A stretch of 64,000 nucleotides of DNA from Sedimentisphaerales bacterium (GTDB lineage: Bacteria; Planctomycetota; Phycisphaerae; Sedimentisphaerales; SM23-30), in assembly GCA_963663965.2 (NCBI GenBank), contig CAXXFK010000021.1, positions 32,001 through 96,000 on the forward strand, given 5' to 3'. The translations under genes were made by a program, and so were the position numbers. The notes beneath the pieces are model-generated. The model made no database searches, was not told where the DNA came from, and was given only the letters and a program-made list of their open reading frames with translations. Each line of letters opens with the position of its first letter. Within the stretch, counting starts at the first letter, position 1. Shown in pieces: positions 1-13,900 of the stretch.

Positions 1-3000
1 CTCATTATCGACCAGGGCGGGAGCCGTATATTTCAGCGCCGAAACCCGGATCCCTGCCTCATTGTAATCGTATTCGACAATCTCGAGTTCGCCGAAACCA
101 TCATTTGTGACCACCCGTTCCAGCCGATTCTGTAAATTGTACCGATAGCTCACCGATTCGCTCTCGGCGCCGCTATCGAGCGTGAGTCTGGAGATCAGCG
201 AGCCATTGTCATCATAAGCATACTGGATCACCCGCCCATTCCGGCCCCAGTCACAAGCGCTGATCTGGTCATAACTCACCGCCGCCTGACAGCTTTGCCG
301 CAGCATGGCCGGCGAGATAATAAACAGATACGCCAGGAAGACCGATATCCCGCGCGTGGCCAGACCGAAGCGGGGCTTGATTTCACAGCCTTGGCCTTTG
401 CGAACATGATAAATAATCGCCGTGATTAACACCGGCGCCAGCATCATCGCCAGTGTGATGACCAGGAGCAATTGCCAGAGGTAACGGTCCATCCGGGTGG
501 GCAATCCCATCGCGAACGCCTTAAATCCGCCAATACGGCCTTCATGCCCCGCCATGGTATAGGTGATGTCGCCATGATCATGATACGCGTAAATCCGATC
601 CTCTCCAATATCATAAGCACAAACAGGCCCCGATTGTGTTTCATATTCCAGTTGATCACGATCGTTGTATGAATAAGTCGTTGTCAATTCCTGACCGCCA
701 ACGGTTACAGTTCGACTGGAGCGATTGCCGACAAGATCGTACCCATATTCGATTTGATACTCATCACTACCGCCCAATAACGAGCTTTCATCTATCAGAC
801 GATTCAATAAATCATAACTATATGTCACAACGCGATTTTCAGTGCTGCCGTTTTGTTGGACTTGCTCGGTCACGCTATGACGAAGACCATCCGCATAATG
901 CGTATAAATAAAGCTGCTTAATACTCCGGGATTGGGATTGGTCAATGCGTCATATTTCGAGTCATAATTATGCAATCCCGTCAGGCGATGCAGGGCGTCA
1001 TAATGATAACAGGGCGAAACGGAATTGCCCAATTCCATAGATTTTCGACTGCCCGCCTCATTATAACCATAGCGGTTATTCATTGCCTTAAGATTGTCGT
1101 TAGCGCTCTCTAAGCGATTCAGGCAATCATACTCATACTGAGTATCGCTATATACGGTAGTACTGTCATCCCGCTTATGTGTCCAGGTTCGATTCTTTTG
1201 CCCCGTAATCAGGTTATAGCCATAGTTTACCACACCCTGGGGCGTTGTGATCGATTCGATCTGGCCATCGAAATCATAATCAATCTCTTCCACCACTACA
1301 GGATCTTCGCCGGCAACGGTTTTGGTTGTTTGCCATAGTCGTCCAAGGTTATCATAATCGTAATGATATTTTTCCGACCAGTTGTCTTCAGAATCATCAT
1401 AGTTCTGATTCAGATAATTGCCCTTATCGGTATCATCTTCGGCGTAATATCGCTTTTCTTCAAGCCGGCCGTCATTATTATACAAATACGCCACGGCCTG
1501 TTCTTCGTAATCGGTATGCAGCTTTAACCGATTCTGTTCATCGTACTGCCAGGATTCAAAGAGGGTGCTTCCGTGGTTCGTATTCAGTTCATTGTATATT
1601 TCATCAGCAGTATCCAATTCCTCAAATGCCTCAATGACCTCCACGTCTGAATAGTTATCTGAATACAGGAAAGGCTGATACTGGACTGTCTGCTGCTGGA
1701 ACTCATTATATTTAGATACTGTTATTCTCCAAAGCGGATCAATTTTTGCAACCTGGTTACCGTATTGATCGTAAATATAACGATAGCTCGGATGTTCAGT
1801 TCCATCGTCCGGATCGGGCAGGGTAACTTTGATTAACTGACCGGTTACCGGATCATATTCATACTGCTTCTTATCATTATTTGTAAGCGCCCCAAGAGTT
1901 TTTATTGTCGGTTCGGTTTCCCATTCCTTCCGGCCATAGACATCATATCCAACATGAATAAATGTGATGCCAATACCGTCAACACTGGGCAATTGGGTCG
2001 TGATCAGTCGGCCCTGTTCATCATAAGAATACTCGGTTCGATGCGCATATCTGTAAATAGGGCTGCCATCCGGTTCTGAAATTCCGCCATTCGCATCAAA
2101 AGAGCCAGGCTCATAAGTATATTTTCGTTGATTGCCATCATAAGCCGTCCGCGCGGTATACTCATAATCATAATCCGCCACAGCGATCGAATTCAGATCG
2201 GTATCGATGACATGCCATTTGCCCTCGAGGCGATAGTCCGTTGTATCATCCAGATTAAAGGCCTGATGATCCAGCGTCATAATCTGGCGGCCGGCCAGGT
2301 CGTAGCGATAGCCGGTGACGCGTTCGTAGCCGCCATCATCGAGTACGACCGCTCTCGATGTTCTACCGGCGCAATCATATTCGGTCCGGGAATAAGACAA
2401 CTCATTTCCCGCAACCGGCTGGACACGGGTCTGCCCATCCACCACCCACCAGGCCAACTCGGATTCACCCGCATCCTCACTCGAAGCCCAGGCGTTACCG
2501 GCGATGTAATTGGCTGGCACCCGTTTACCGGCAACCCGGCACGTCTTGTCGACAAAAGTTTCCAGGTGAATCCGCACATTGGCCCATCGACGGGTACGCT
2601 CAACCTGGCCCAATGCATCGTAGACGGTTTCAGTGGCGGTAGCAGGCTGGCCGTACTCGTGGGTATCGACCGACACTAAGGTCCGGCCTTCCACATCGTA
2701 CAAGGTTTGCGATACGGTCAAAATATTGGCAGGATCATTTAAATAGCTATCAACATCGATCCCGGACGCAGGCGCCCGGGCCGTTACGGTTTCCACTACC
2801 TGGCCCAGTTCATCATAGTAATACCGGGTGAGATTCCGGTTTTCATCGATGGTATAATCAACCTGGCCGATACAGTTATAGACCGTTTCACTAAGCGTTC
2901 GCTCACTGACCTGGGTCATATCGCTTTCATCGTAGACTAACTGCTTCGTTTGGGTGGTTCGCCCTTGCCGGTCCAGGGTCGGTTTATTTAGAATCCGTTT

Positions 3001-4950
3001 AATGACCGACGTTTCAGCCGGATCTTGCCATCTCGTCCAGCTTTCCACCTGATTGCCATTCGCATCATATTTGCTGAACTGGCGATAGACAGGCGTCTCA
3101 TTGTATCGATGAGGTTCGCTGACACTATAGGGCTGATCGAAGGAATTGCTTACATCTACATTATACCAATACGTGGTATAAATTTCATTTTCATTGGTCG
3201 GATTGTCATCGATATCCTGAATCACCTGACATATCCGGCCCTGTTCATATTCATACTCGGTCCGGGACAGGATGGCGCCGGGAATCTGCAATATCTCACT
3301 TACTGGTAATATGCCTGCGCTATTGGCAAAATACTGGGATTCCGGTTTGATCTGTGCAGTGGATCTCAAGAAGTCACGATTTTCAAGGTCCACACGATAT
3401 TCATTTACAGTTACCGATACCGGATCGTAACTGACTAACAATCCGTCACCGTTCAGGGCAGCATTTTTTCCGGATATGGAAACGTCCACGCGCCCTTTTT
3501 CATCATAAACCGTAATCGAGACATTATTGACCGGATCGATTGTCACTTCATGGTACAGTTTGGATGTGCCGGGATAGTTATAATACTCATAACGCGTTAC
3601 CGCATCAACCGGAACTTCCGGGTAATTTTCCGGATTGGGAACCTTTTGCGTCACACTGGTCGGCCGGTCCGGCTGCGCCACACTCGAATAACCATATAAG
3701 GTTTCTCGGGCAGGTGCACCCGATACGATTCGGGTTTCTGATACAACGTTGCCGCGTTCATCGTATGCGTAAATAGTTGGATTGGTTTTATCCGGGTCAC
3801 TGCGCGAATACACGGTCTCGGTTTTGCCCGAGATAGCGTGACTAAGGGTAATCTGGTTGCCTTTCGCGTCGATGGTCCCGGTCAGCCGGCCCTGGTCATC
3901 ATAAAGATAACGGATCGGTTTCAAACCGCGTGGATCGATAATATCGGTGATATAATGATCTTCCGGTGTAAACCGGGCAATCAACTGTCCATCCTCATTG
4001 CGATTTTCACCGTCATAACAATATTCAACCGTTTCCTCAGGCTCGCCGGTTTCATCCAGTTTATGAACATATTTCAGATTACCCGAACTGTCATATTCAT
4101 AACTGAGCAGCGGCGCCTGAGTATGATTGGGAGAATTAACCTTGGATATCCGATTATCTTCCCAATCGAGTGTAATCGATTTGGAGAACGATGTATTACC
4201 ATTTAAACAGGATTTAACCTCAACACAACGCGGATGCTCGCCGTCGGAATTCTCATCATAAATAAATTCAATCTTATCGCCACTGGTCATCTCGATAGAG
4301 GCCAGGAAGGGCTTGCCATATGCCTGATATTCAAACAAATCTTCTTCCTTTAAGGCATTATCATATCCCTGCACAAAATGACTGCCATAATCTTTCCGCT
4401 CAAAGTTATAAACCGTTCCATCTTGCAGGGTCAGTTTATACCCCGGGAAATCCTGAATACCAAGATTAAGTGGCGCATTGCTTATTAGAGGGATATTATA
4501 TTTATTGCCAATAGCCCAGAAATAGCCGACTCCATACATTCCACCACCATAGCATAATTTGCAGGTTATGGATGTTTCTAAAACGTCATTTACTCCATCG
4601 GGAGCCTGATAGACGACTTTCCAGTTATTAGTGCCGGGACCGCTACATGGCAACAGTGTATAGGCAAACACAACTCGTCGGCCATCCGGTAGCGTCAAGG
4701 TCACATCACGATCAAAATCTCCTCCCATGCGGCACGTCCATTTGCCATTGTCTTCGCTTTTCGTTATGCGTCGCTCATTCAGTTGCATATCCAGATTGGC
4801 AAATGAATAGCTCCAGCCATAACCAAATTCGCTATCATAATCTTTATGCAGACTGTTATAGGTCCGCGACACTCGGATAGGGACTCCTCCAATTGGAATT
4901 ACCAGATCTTCCTGGGTAAATTGCACATTACCTATCTTGAGAGAACTGCT
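1..4950 (-). repeat. Rhs/YD-repeat core of the giant protein (approximate boundary)
   Basis: Begins with KIGNVQFTQEDLVIPIGGVPIRVSRTYNS...FGYGWS, typical of the Rhs N-terminal region, followed by many YD-type repeats (QYAYDDNGSL, YRYNLQNRL). Confidence 0.85.
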
Positions 4951-7900
4951 TAATGCAATTTGCGTTTCGTCGGTATCATAATGACCGTGGCATCGGACAA
5001 CCAGTTTCAAATTATAGACACCATTCGGTACATTAGTTAAATCCAACTCGCCCAGTATACCTGTGTCATTCTCATTTCCGATACGTTGTCTTCGATACCC
5101 ATTGATTAAATATCCCGGTGTCAGATTTCGATAGAAGGTTCCATTATCATCAAAGATTTCGACCAAATATTCAATATCGCTATTGGCCGATCTATGATAC
5201 GCCTTACCCATTAAGGTAAACAGACCATCCTGAATAATAGTGGGCGGCGTTCCATCTACATGAATATTCAATAAATTATTATCACCAAACAGATCATCGT
5301 CATCATCAACTGGATTCAAATTGCTGATTTTCGCCACCGGCTTACCCAATGCTAATATAAATTTCACTGTCTCGGCTAAGGGATTTCCAGAGACATCATA
5401 CAATGTTGCAATCCAGGTGCCATCATCCTCTTCAGTCAAATCGCTCAGCCAGGCATCATCTGTAATATAGGTAGTTGCGTTCTGGTCATCCGCTTCAAAT
5501 TCATATCCATTACTAAGGACAATTTTACTCCAGGGCACTGTCATATTGAAGGTAAGTACTTGTGGGTAGTCTTCGACAACTCGGGGAGATACTGAAAACT
5601 GATTTTGTACTCCAAACTGTTTAGTCGAACTGCTTCGATTGCCGGCATTATCAATCGCTTCAAGTGTTAATGTATAACTTGACCCATTTCTTAAATGAGC
5701 CGTACTGAATTCACATGTTAAAGCATTACTGTGTTCGACACAAAGTATTTGCCCATTGCTCAATTTCAAGATCATCACTTGAATGCCGGAACCGCCATCT
5801 TCATCATGAGCATCTGCATTAACGGTTATCGATCCTGTCACTGAGTTGTCATTATCGATATTACTGGCTCTATTGTTATAGGTACCGGTAAAGCTATCGA
5901 TCGTCGGCGCCGCTTGATCTTCGCCCCGGGGAAGAACTGAAACGGTTATCGAATCTGAAATATTTGAATCCTCATTTGCAACTATCGTCATATCATAATC
6001 AGACGGTTCCTGGAATGACACGAACGGATTAATCACCGTATTGGATGGATCAAAGGCAATACCGTTAGTAATCTGCCATTGGACTTGAGTATCAGCAGGC
6101 AATACCCAGGCATCCTTGAGCCATATCTCATTTTGGGGCCATGTTACCGTTTGGTCTTCCCCGGCATTAACCAGGATTCCTTCGGTATCGGCACCTACAT
6201 ATATTACAACAGTATCAGTCGCCGTATCATCCTGACTTAAGGCAGTAAGCAAATGATCTTTTACAGATACCGTAATCTTATACAGTCCTGGCCTATTAAA
6301 GGTAATTTCAGGATTATCAGGTGCTGTCGTATCAATTGAGTATATGTCTGGCTCTGCAGTCCAGATGACTTCTAAGCCATTATCTCCAAGAACCAGAATA
6401 TCATCTTTGATGATCACATCATCTAAAGATATACTGACTTGCGCCTCGGTTAAAAGAATTGACCGGTTACGACCGGCATAAACGATCGGCAAGCTATTTT
6501 CTGGGTAAATCTCAATCACCATGAAATCAGATCCAATAAGCTGATCCTCACTGGATGGACCCTGAGTTCCCAGATCCTCATACACATTCAAGGTTACGCG
6601 ACACTTACCACTAGTTTGAATACCCTCTTCGAATGTTATGATATTTTCATTTTCTCCAGATCCGGCAGCTGCAGTGAAATCAAAATCACTTGCATACTGC
6701 CAGGCTAAATAATAACCAGAGACGCCCTGGTAAGCGATGGGAAGGTCACCAAGAATCATTGGATAAATTGAGACCGGCTCCTGACCCGCAATCCAAGTAC
6801 GATCCGGCCCAAGATCAACATATATACCTGATCGGTTAATCGTTGCGATAGCAGATGAACCGGTAATAACCGTGTTATCCTGAGAAGACAAAAGTTCAAG
6901 AGAAAAGACATATTGACCCGGATTATTAACGAGCGCTATGTAATCCACTTGATGAGTATCTGGATTGAACCGGGTTGTTATTTGAACATCATCCGGTGTT
7001 CCACTGTGATACCAATTATAATAAGTAGCTTCTTGATCTGCTCCCAATTCGGGTTGTGCGATCAATAAGATTTCTACCGGATTGTCATCAATCTGAGTCG
7101 CTACTGCTGGTTCAATTGCAGCCGTTATGGATATGGCCGGCTCCCAGGATATGCTTATAACCAGTGAGTCCATATCGATAATAGCATCGTTTTCATCCAG
7201 GGCCAGGAGATACAACGGATAGTCACCTGCGCCAGGCAAAGTAATGCTTGTATTCAAGTCACTATCATCTTCCAGCCAGATTTCTTCGGTTCCATAGTAC
7301 AGCCATTTTGTCCTGGGAGTTGTGCTCATACCCGATAACTGCACATTCAAGTTGTCTTGAAGAAGATTGAGAGAAATATCTTCGCCGGCATCAACCCAAT
7401 CCGGCGAATATAGATCCTTCGACCCGGAAATAGATACTTCCAATATGTCGATAGCTACTAACTGTGAGGTATTATCATAAGCCGATAAAGATACCTCATA
7501 AAGTCCCGGAGCTAAGCCAGACACCTTGGCCCAGGTCGATAACTGCTGTGCATTGCCAAACTCGAATAAACCATTTGGCGAGCTCCACTTAAATGTATAT
7601 TGACTGGGATCGGCTCCCAATAGCGTTCCTTTTAAATTTATATAACCCGCAGGCGCATCATTTTCTAAACTGGCGGATAACTCAATCGTGGATTCCTGAA
7701 CACAGATTTCCACATAATCCGCTCCTATCATATCACCGTAAGAATTTGTGGCTATTAATGCAATTTGATAGTCGCCGACTTTACCAAACAGAACCTCAGG
7801 ATTAAGAGTATGGTTTTCAGCTTCATACATCATAAAACCATCAGGACCACTGATCTGCTGCCAGACAATAGCATACGGCACTTCACCAGCAATGGAACCC

Positions 7901-10900
7901 TTTAATTGAGTTCCTGCCACAAAGCCCGGCGAACCCAATTGTAAGATCTGATCCATGCCGGCTTCAACCGTAACGACCGGATGATCGACTAATACGAATA
8001 CGGTATCTGAACCGACAAGTCGCAAATCACGTAAGACAGTAAATTGAAATTGATATAATCCCGGTTCAGAGAAATTCACTAATGTATTCGTTTGTGATGG
8101 ATCGTTAATATGAGCTGAGGACGGTCCTGATATGACAGACCAACTGGAAGTATAGCTGGCGTTCGCAATACCATTAATCATTCCTGATAGTTCTACATCA
8201 CCCCCTAATACAATATTTTGGTTCTTCTGATAAACCTCATCATCAATTTTGATCTGCGCTTGAATGACTTCATTTCTTGCCAGAGCAATCCAGACCGTAT
8301 CGCCGCCCACTACGCGACCGACATTATCTTTGACTTTCAACAGTAATCGATAGGTCCCCGGCAAGTCATAAGTGAATGTGACCTGGGGATTCAAAACACT
8401 TGAATTTGAAAATGCCACATTACTGCCTTCTGGCTGACTGATCACGGACCATTCATAACTGATTTCAGACATACTATTATATGGAACATCTTTGAGCTTG
8501 ACATAAGCATCATCGAACCATACCGACAGTTGATTTTGTCCAACTGGATAATCGATGATTCGACTCACGCCGGCAGATATGGTTAACGGTGAATATTCGT
8601 AGGCACCGAAATCTATGTTGGAATTACCAGACTGCTCATTATACATAATGCGAGGTTGATCATTGATATCGATATATAGATCACTTTCGACAATTTCACA
8701 ACCTCCCCTGATCGCACCTGAAGTATTTAATAAAGAATTAAATATATTTTCGTTATAGAAATTTTCATCTATGTCATCACGATTAATATTAAATCCAGCT
8801 CCATCACATCCATAATAGAGCTTTCCATCATCCCCAGGTATCAAAATATTATTAAATATTTGCGGATATCCATAAGGAAACGATGAAAAACTATTATATA
8901 TTCTATAATTACTTTCTGAAGGCGGATTTTCAATAAAAGGACTATCGATAGTATTATTCCATATCATCCCTTCGCCACATGCTTTATACAAAAACAATTG
9001 ATGATACATTCCTTCGCCATTATCTGATACAATATTACCAATAATTCGAGGGGTTCCAGCATAAGTATATCCATCAAAATCATCGTTCTCAAAACATATA
9101 CCATATCTTGAATTATCAAAGATTTGATTGCAACTGATAACTGGTCCTGATTGACCGCACGTATAAATGCCACTATGACTATTTCCATAAATAATGCAAT
9201 TCTCAATCCTGGGCGATGCCTCATTAATACAATTTATTCCACTTTTTCCACCCATAATTGATAAGCCTTTTATAGTAGAATCATTATGACTTATCTCTAT
9301 AATATTAAGACCTGCATCCGGCGAAATAATTGTTGTGTTTTGGACCTCATCCCAATTATCTGGCTGCACACTTCGAATAATCATCGAAGGGTACTCATTT
9401 GAAAGTATTATTCTTTCGTTATAATCACCGGCTCCAACGATAATTTCTTCATCATTACTGACTACTTCACTTACAGCCATTGATATTGTTTGATATTTCT
9501 TGCTTTGAGTAATATTAATAACCGTAGACTCGCCAGTATCAAGTAATTTGGGTTCCAGGTAACTTTCTAATGTTGAATTATTAGTACTACTTGTCCAGCG
9601 CCCCCAAACCCATACATTACCGAAACGGTCTTTAGCAAAACTAACCCGATTACCAGCAGATATGGAAATAACATCAGACATATCAACATTACATACTTTT
9701 ACCGGAGTAGCCTTGAATTCGTTTCCGCTACTATTACTTTCAATGCCTAATTGACCATAAGAATTATTACCCCATGACCATACATTTCCATACTTATCCA
9801 ATGCTAGGCTATGATCAATACCAGCATCGATTGAAATAATATTCTTAAGTATGTTCGACCCCTGTTCACCGTTCTCGATAAATTGTTCACCGCCATTTAC
9901 ATATATCGGTTCATAAGCCACCTCGAGTTCAGTATCGTTAGTTCCTAAAAGACAATTATTTGGATAGCAAGAATTTAAGCCCCAAGCTAACACTCGGCCA
10001 TCATATTCATTACTATCGATATCATCTAACATCTCTAAGGCCAACACATGATCCTTACCTGCAGATATTGACACGATATTCTCTAAATAATCTGAGTCAT
10101 TGTACAGTTGACTACCACGATGTACAGGTAAAGGACTCACAATATTGCTATTAATAGACCCAATACCTAACATACCGCCATAATAATGACCACATGAATA
10201 CACCTTTCCTTTACCATCTCGAATGATGCCGTCGTCAAGAAAGAAAGTTCTCCAGAAATGCGAAGTGCTGATATTTATTACATTTTGAAGCGAACTAACA
10301 TCATTAATATTCTTGGGTAAGGCTGTATTAAAATATCCATTCGAATCATCATCACAGCCTGATTCTCCATCAAAGCTGCATCCCCAAAACCAAGCGCGCC
10401 CTAACGAATCATAGGCAAATCGGCTATGAGCATTTGATGCCATACCAATAATTATAGGTTCTGTTACTATTCCAAAATCCATTTTTTGAGGTATTCTTGT
10501 ATTGCCAAGACAATTACATAAACTTATATCATAATCTGACCATCCCCATGAATACAGATTACCACTTAAATCAATCGCCATTGAGTTATAAGCGCCAGTT
10601 GATATAGCAATAATACCAGTCAAATAACTACCAGAATTTTGAACATTACTATGAACGAGTTGAAAATATGGATACCAACTCGAATCATAAGTATTATCCC
10701 AACCTAAGGCCCCTCCTTCCCCTTCCGCATTCGTGAAACGATTACAACCTATTGATTTTGTAGTATGATCGCTATTAATACATAAAGCGTGCACATCAAT
10801 GTATGTTGCATCATATGAATCACTGCATGATATATTATACGTAGATTCAACACGAACTGTAACATTATCTTCAAGGATAATATCATTAACTAATACCTTA

Positions 10901-13900
10901 AGAGCAAAAATATATATACCCGCCCGATAGTCTTGAAAGTGTACTTTTGTTTCTATAGAGTCGCTATTATCAATAGCAACCTCAGCTCCTATAGGAGCAT
11001 GCTTTAAGCTCCAGGTAATCTGTTCAACTGACTCATTAGAAGTATCGACGATCCCATATAAGTATGCAAAATTTCTAGGCAAATATGTAACTTGGTAATC
11101 TCCGGCATCAATTGAGTAAATTGGATTCTCTGAGACTATCTCGATATCCAATAAATCGTAACTGGTAAACTGGCCATCGGAAACCTCCAGACGGAATACA
11201 TAATGACCACATTTTGTGAAGTCGGCAATAGCATGCAAGATTTCTGGATCTTCAATCGTGATTGACGTTTCATCACCTCGTACCAGTGTCCAGAGATAGG
11301 TAAGCTCGGCAAGACCTTCAGGTTGATCTTCAATGGTGAGTAATGGAATGGTATCCATAGTCCCAAGATCATACTTGAGCATCTTGAATTGCTCTGCCGT
11401 AGTTTTGGTATCCAGAATAAGTTTATTGTCCGTTGGATCGGATTCTACGCCCCAATATATGCGTGGCGGAGTATTGGTTTGATCTGGCCCAACTTCAATT
11501 GATACCAGATCGAATCCGGTTTTCTCACCATCACTTGCGGTTAATTTCAGAATATAGACGCCTTCACAGGTAAATACGGCTTCAACTGCTGATGCATTGA
11601 TCTGCTCGATAGCAACGGGCAATTTATTATGTTGCTCAGCATTAAATAACACATCACCCGGTCCGCTGACTTTTTCCCAATATGCCGACAGAATCCCGAA
11701 AGGTTTGCCGTCATCCTGAATAGTCGCATTCAAAGACCAGAGATATTGCTGTTCATTACCCGTATCACCAACACTGACATTATTGATTTGAACTTTGGGA
11801 GCAGATTGCCGGTTCATATCGGGCATGATACTCACCTTAATCTGATCCGCCAATATCTCACCACGATCCGCTCCATTCAGTTTTAAAACCAGATCGGCCC
11901 GATCGAATACCTCGAAATAGGCGTCATCGATGGTAAAGGTCGCTTCGGCATCGGGCTCATCGGTTGGACATTCCACGGTAATGCCTGCCGGAGAAAAGAT
12001 CGTCTCCCAGTTCCAGCTAAGCGCATTACTGCCGGTTACCTTCGCCCCGGATAACAGGGTTTGCAGTTCAGGCAGGGTAATCACCTTATTTTTTCCCGCT
12101 TCCAGAGTAAACGGCGGGATAACTTCTACAGTTACCTCGGCGCTGCCGGTGGCTCCCCGACTATCCATGACAAAAAGTTTAACCGTATGGCTCCCCAGGG
12201 CCAACCTCAGCTCGATAGAGGAACCGGTTCCGTCCGGATAGGGTTGATCGTTACCATCGGTCCAGAGATAGGACTGTATACTGTCTTGAAGGTCAACATC
12301 GCTGGATTCGCTGGTAAATGTGACTAGCGCAGTACCATCCTGATCATCATCGACCATAACCGTATTGTCCACATGAATTACTGCCTGAGGCGGGGTATTC
12401 ACAATAATAGCCACCGTATCAAACCCTGCGGCATGATAACCATCAGACACAACCAGCGTATAGGTATAGCTCCCGGCCGCTAAGGTCAATGATACCTGAT
12501 CATTCTGTCCGATCACGTTCCCGTTTTCATCCTGCCATTCGTAGGATAACTCTCCATTTTCAGGATCCAGGGAACCACTGCCATCCAGACTGACTTCTGC
12601 GGATACCCCATCAGTGATATGAACGATCTGATCCTCACCCGCATCGGCAACCGGCGGCCGGTTAATGACCACGGTGATCTCCGCCGGCCCCGAGGATGCA
12701 TCGGCCTGATCCGTCACCGTCAATCCAATCACATGCTCACCCCAGCCACAATTCAATGTTAATGTCTGGCCCGTTTCCCCGGCCAGCAACTGGCCATTAC
12801 AGGTCCAGATATACTCAATCACATCCCCGTCATCCGGATCACTCGATTGACTGCCGTCAAAAACAACCGCCACGCCTTCAATGTCATCCATATCGTGAAT
12901 CACTGTCGTATCATTGACCACAAAAAATTCCGGCGAAGCAATCGACAGACTCGCCACCGGAGAGTGATTCGTAACCACACAAATCTCATCCGCCCCAATA
13001 TCGGGAATCCCATTGATTACCCGACTATCTCCATCAATATCAACATGCCCCATGAAAGCCGCCGCTACCCCGGCATCTTTGCAAGGCGAACCTTCTTGTA
13101 GATGCCAGTTCGGTATTAATGAACTTGGAAGTACTTTACCCCAATTCCGGATAAATGTACGCATTCCCTTATACATAGATACATCATCATCAATACCATC
13201 AATACCTTCAATTTCTCTATAGTTTGCTTGAGGGCAACCTGTAACTTGATAAAGCATTCCATTTCCATTGAATTCAATATAATCACCAATTTCAAAATAG
13301 CTAGGGATTCTAAATAAAATCCAATTGTCATTAGCAGGTTGTCCTGTTCTTGGTAAATGATCACATAATAGATAGGGATTAACAAATTGAGGATCAATAC
13401 TGAAATTGTTTTCTGCATGAAAGTGATAATCCACATTCCAATCATCAGCATCCTGTTCGAAATTAGATTCATAGTTTATCCCGGGCCATAATGAAGCAGT
13501 CGGCAAAAAATAGCACAAGTTATTCATAAACCAGATATTTTGAGATGCAGACGAATTTTTAAAAGCGATATTACTTTCCCTTAATCCACAATTACATAAA
13601 AAATTCTTACTAATAATGCTGTTATTAATATATAAATATTTAAAATCATTGTCAGGACCTGATCCATGTTGCAGATATTTCATGCCTTGCCCTGCACTAT
13701 CAGACAAACAAATATTTCGGGCAATCGTACAATTAATTACTCTTGATCTCATATCTATATTACTATCACCGCCTATATATATAGCTAGTCCGGCATTATT
13801 TTCATAGGCAATATTGCCAGTTATTACGCTATTCGTAATTGTTCCCGAAATAACTGCCCCCCCACCATACCAGGCACAATTGTTTTCAATAACACACCTA

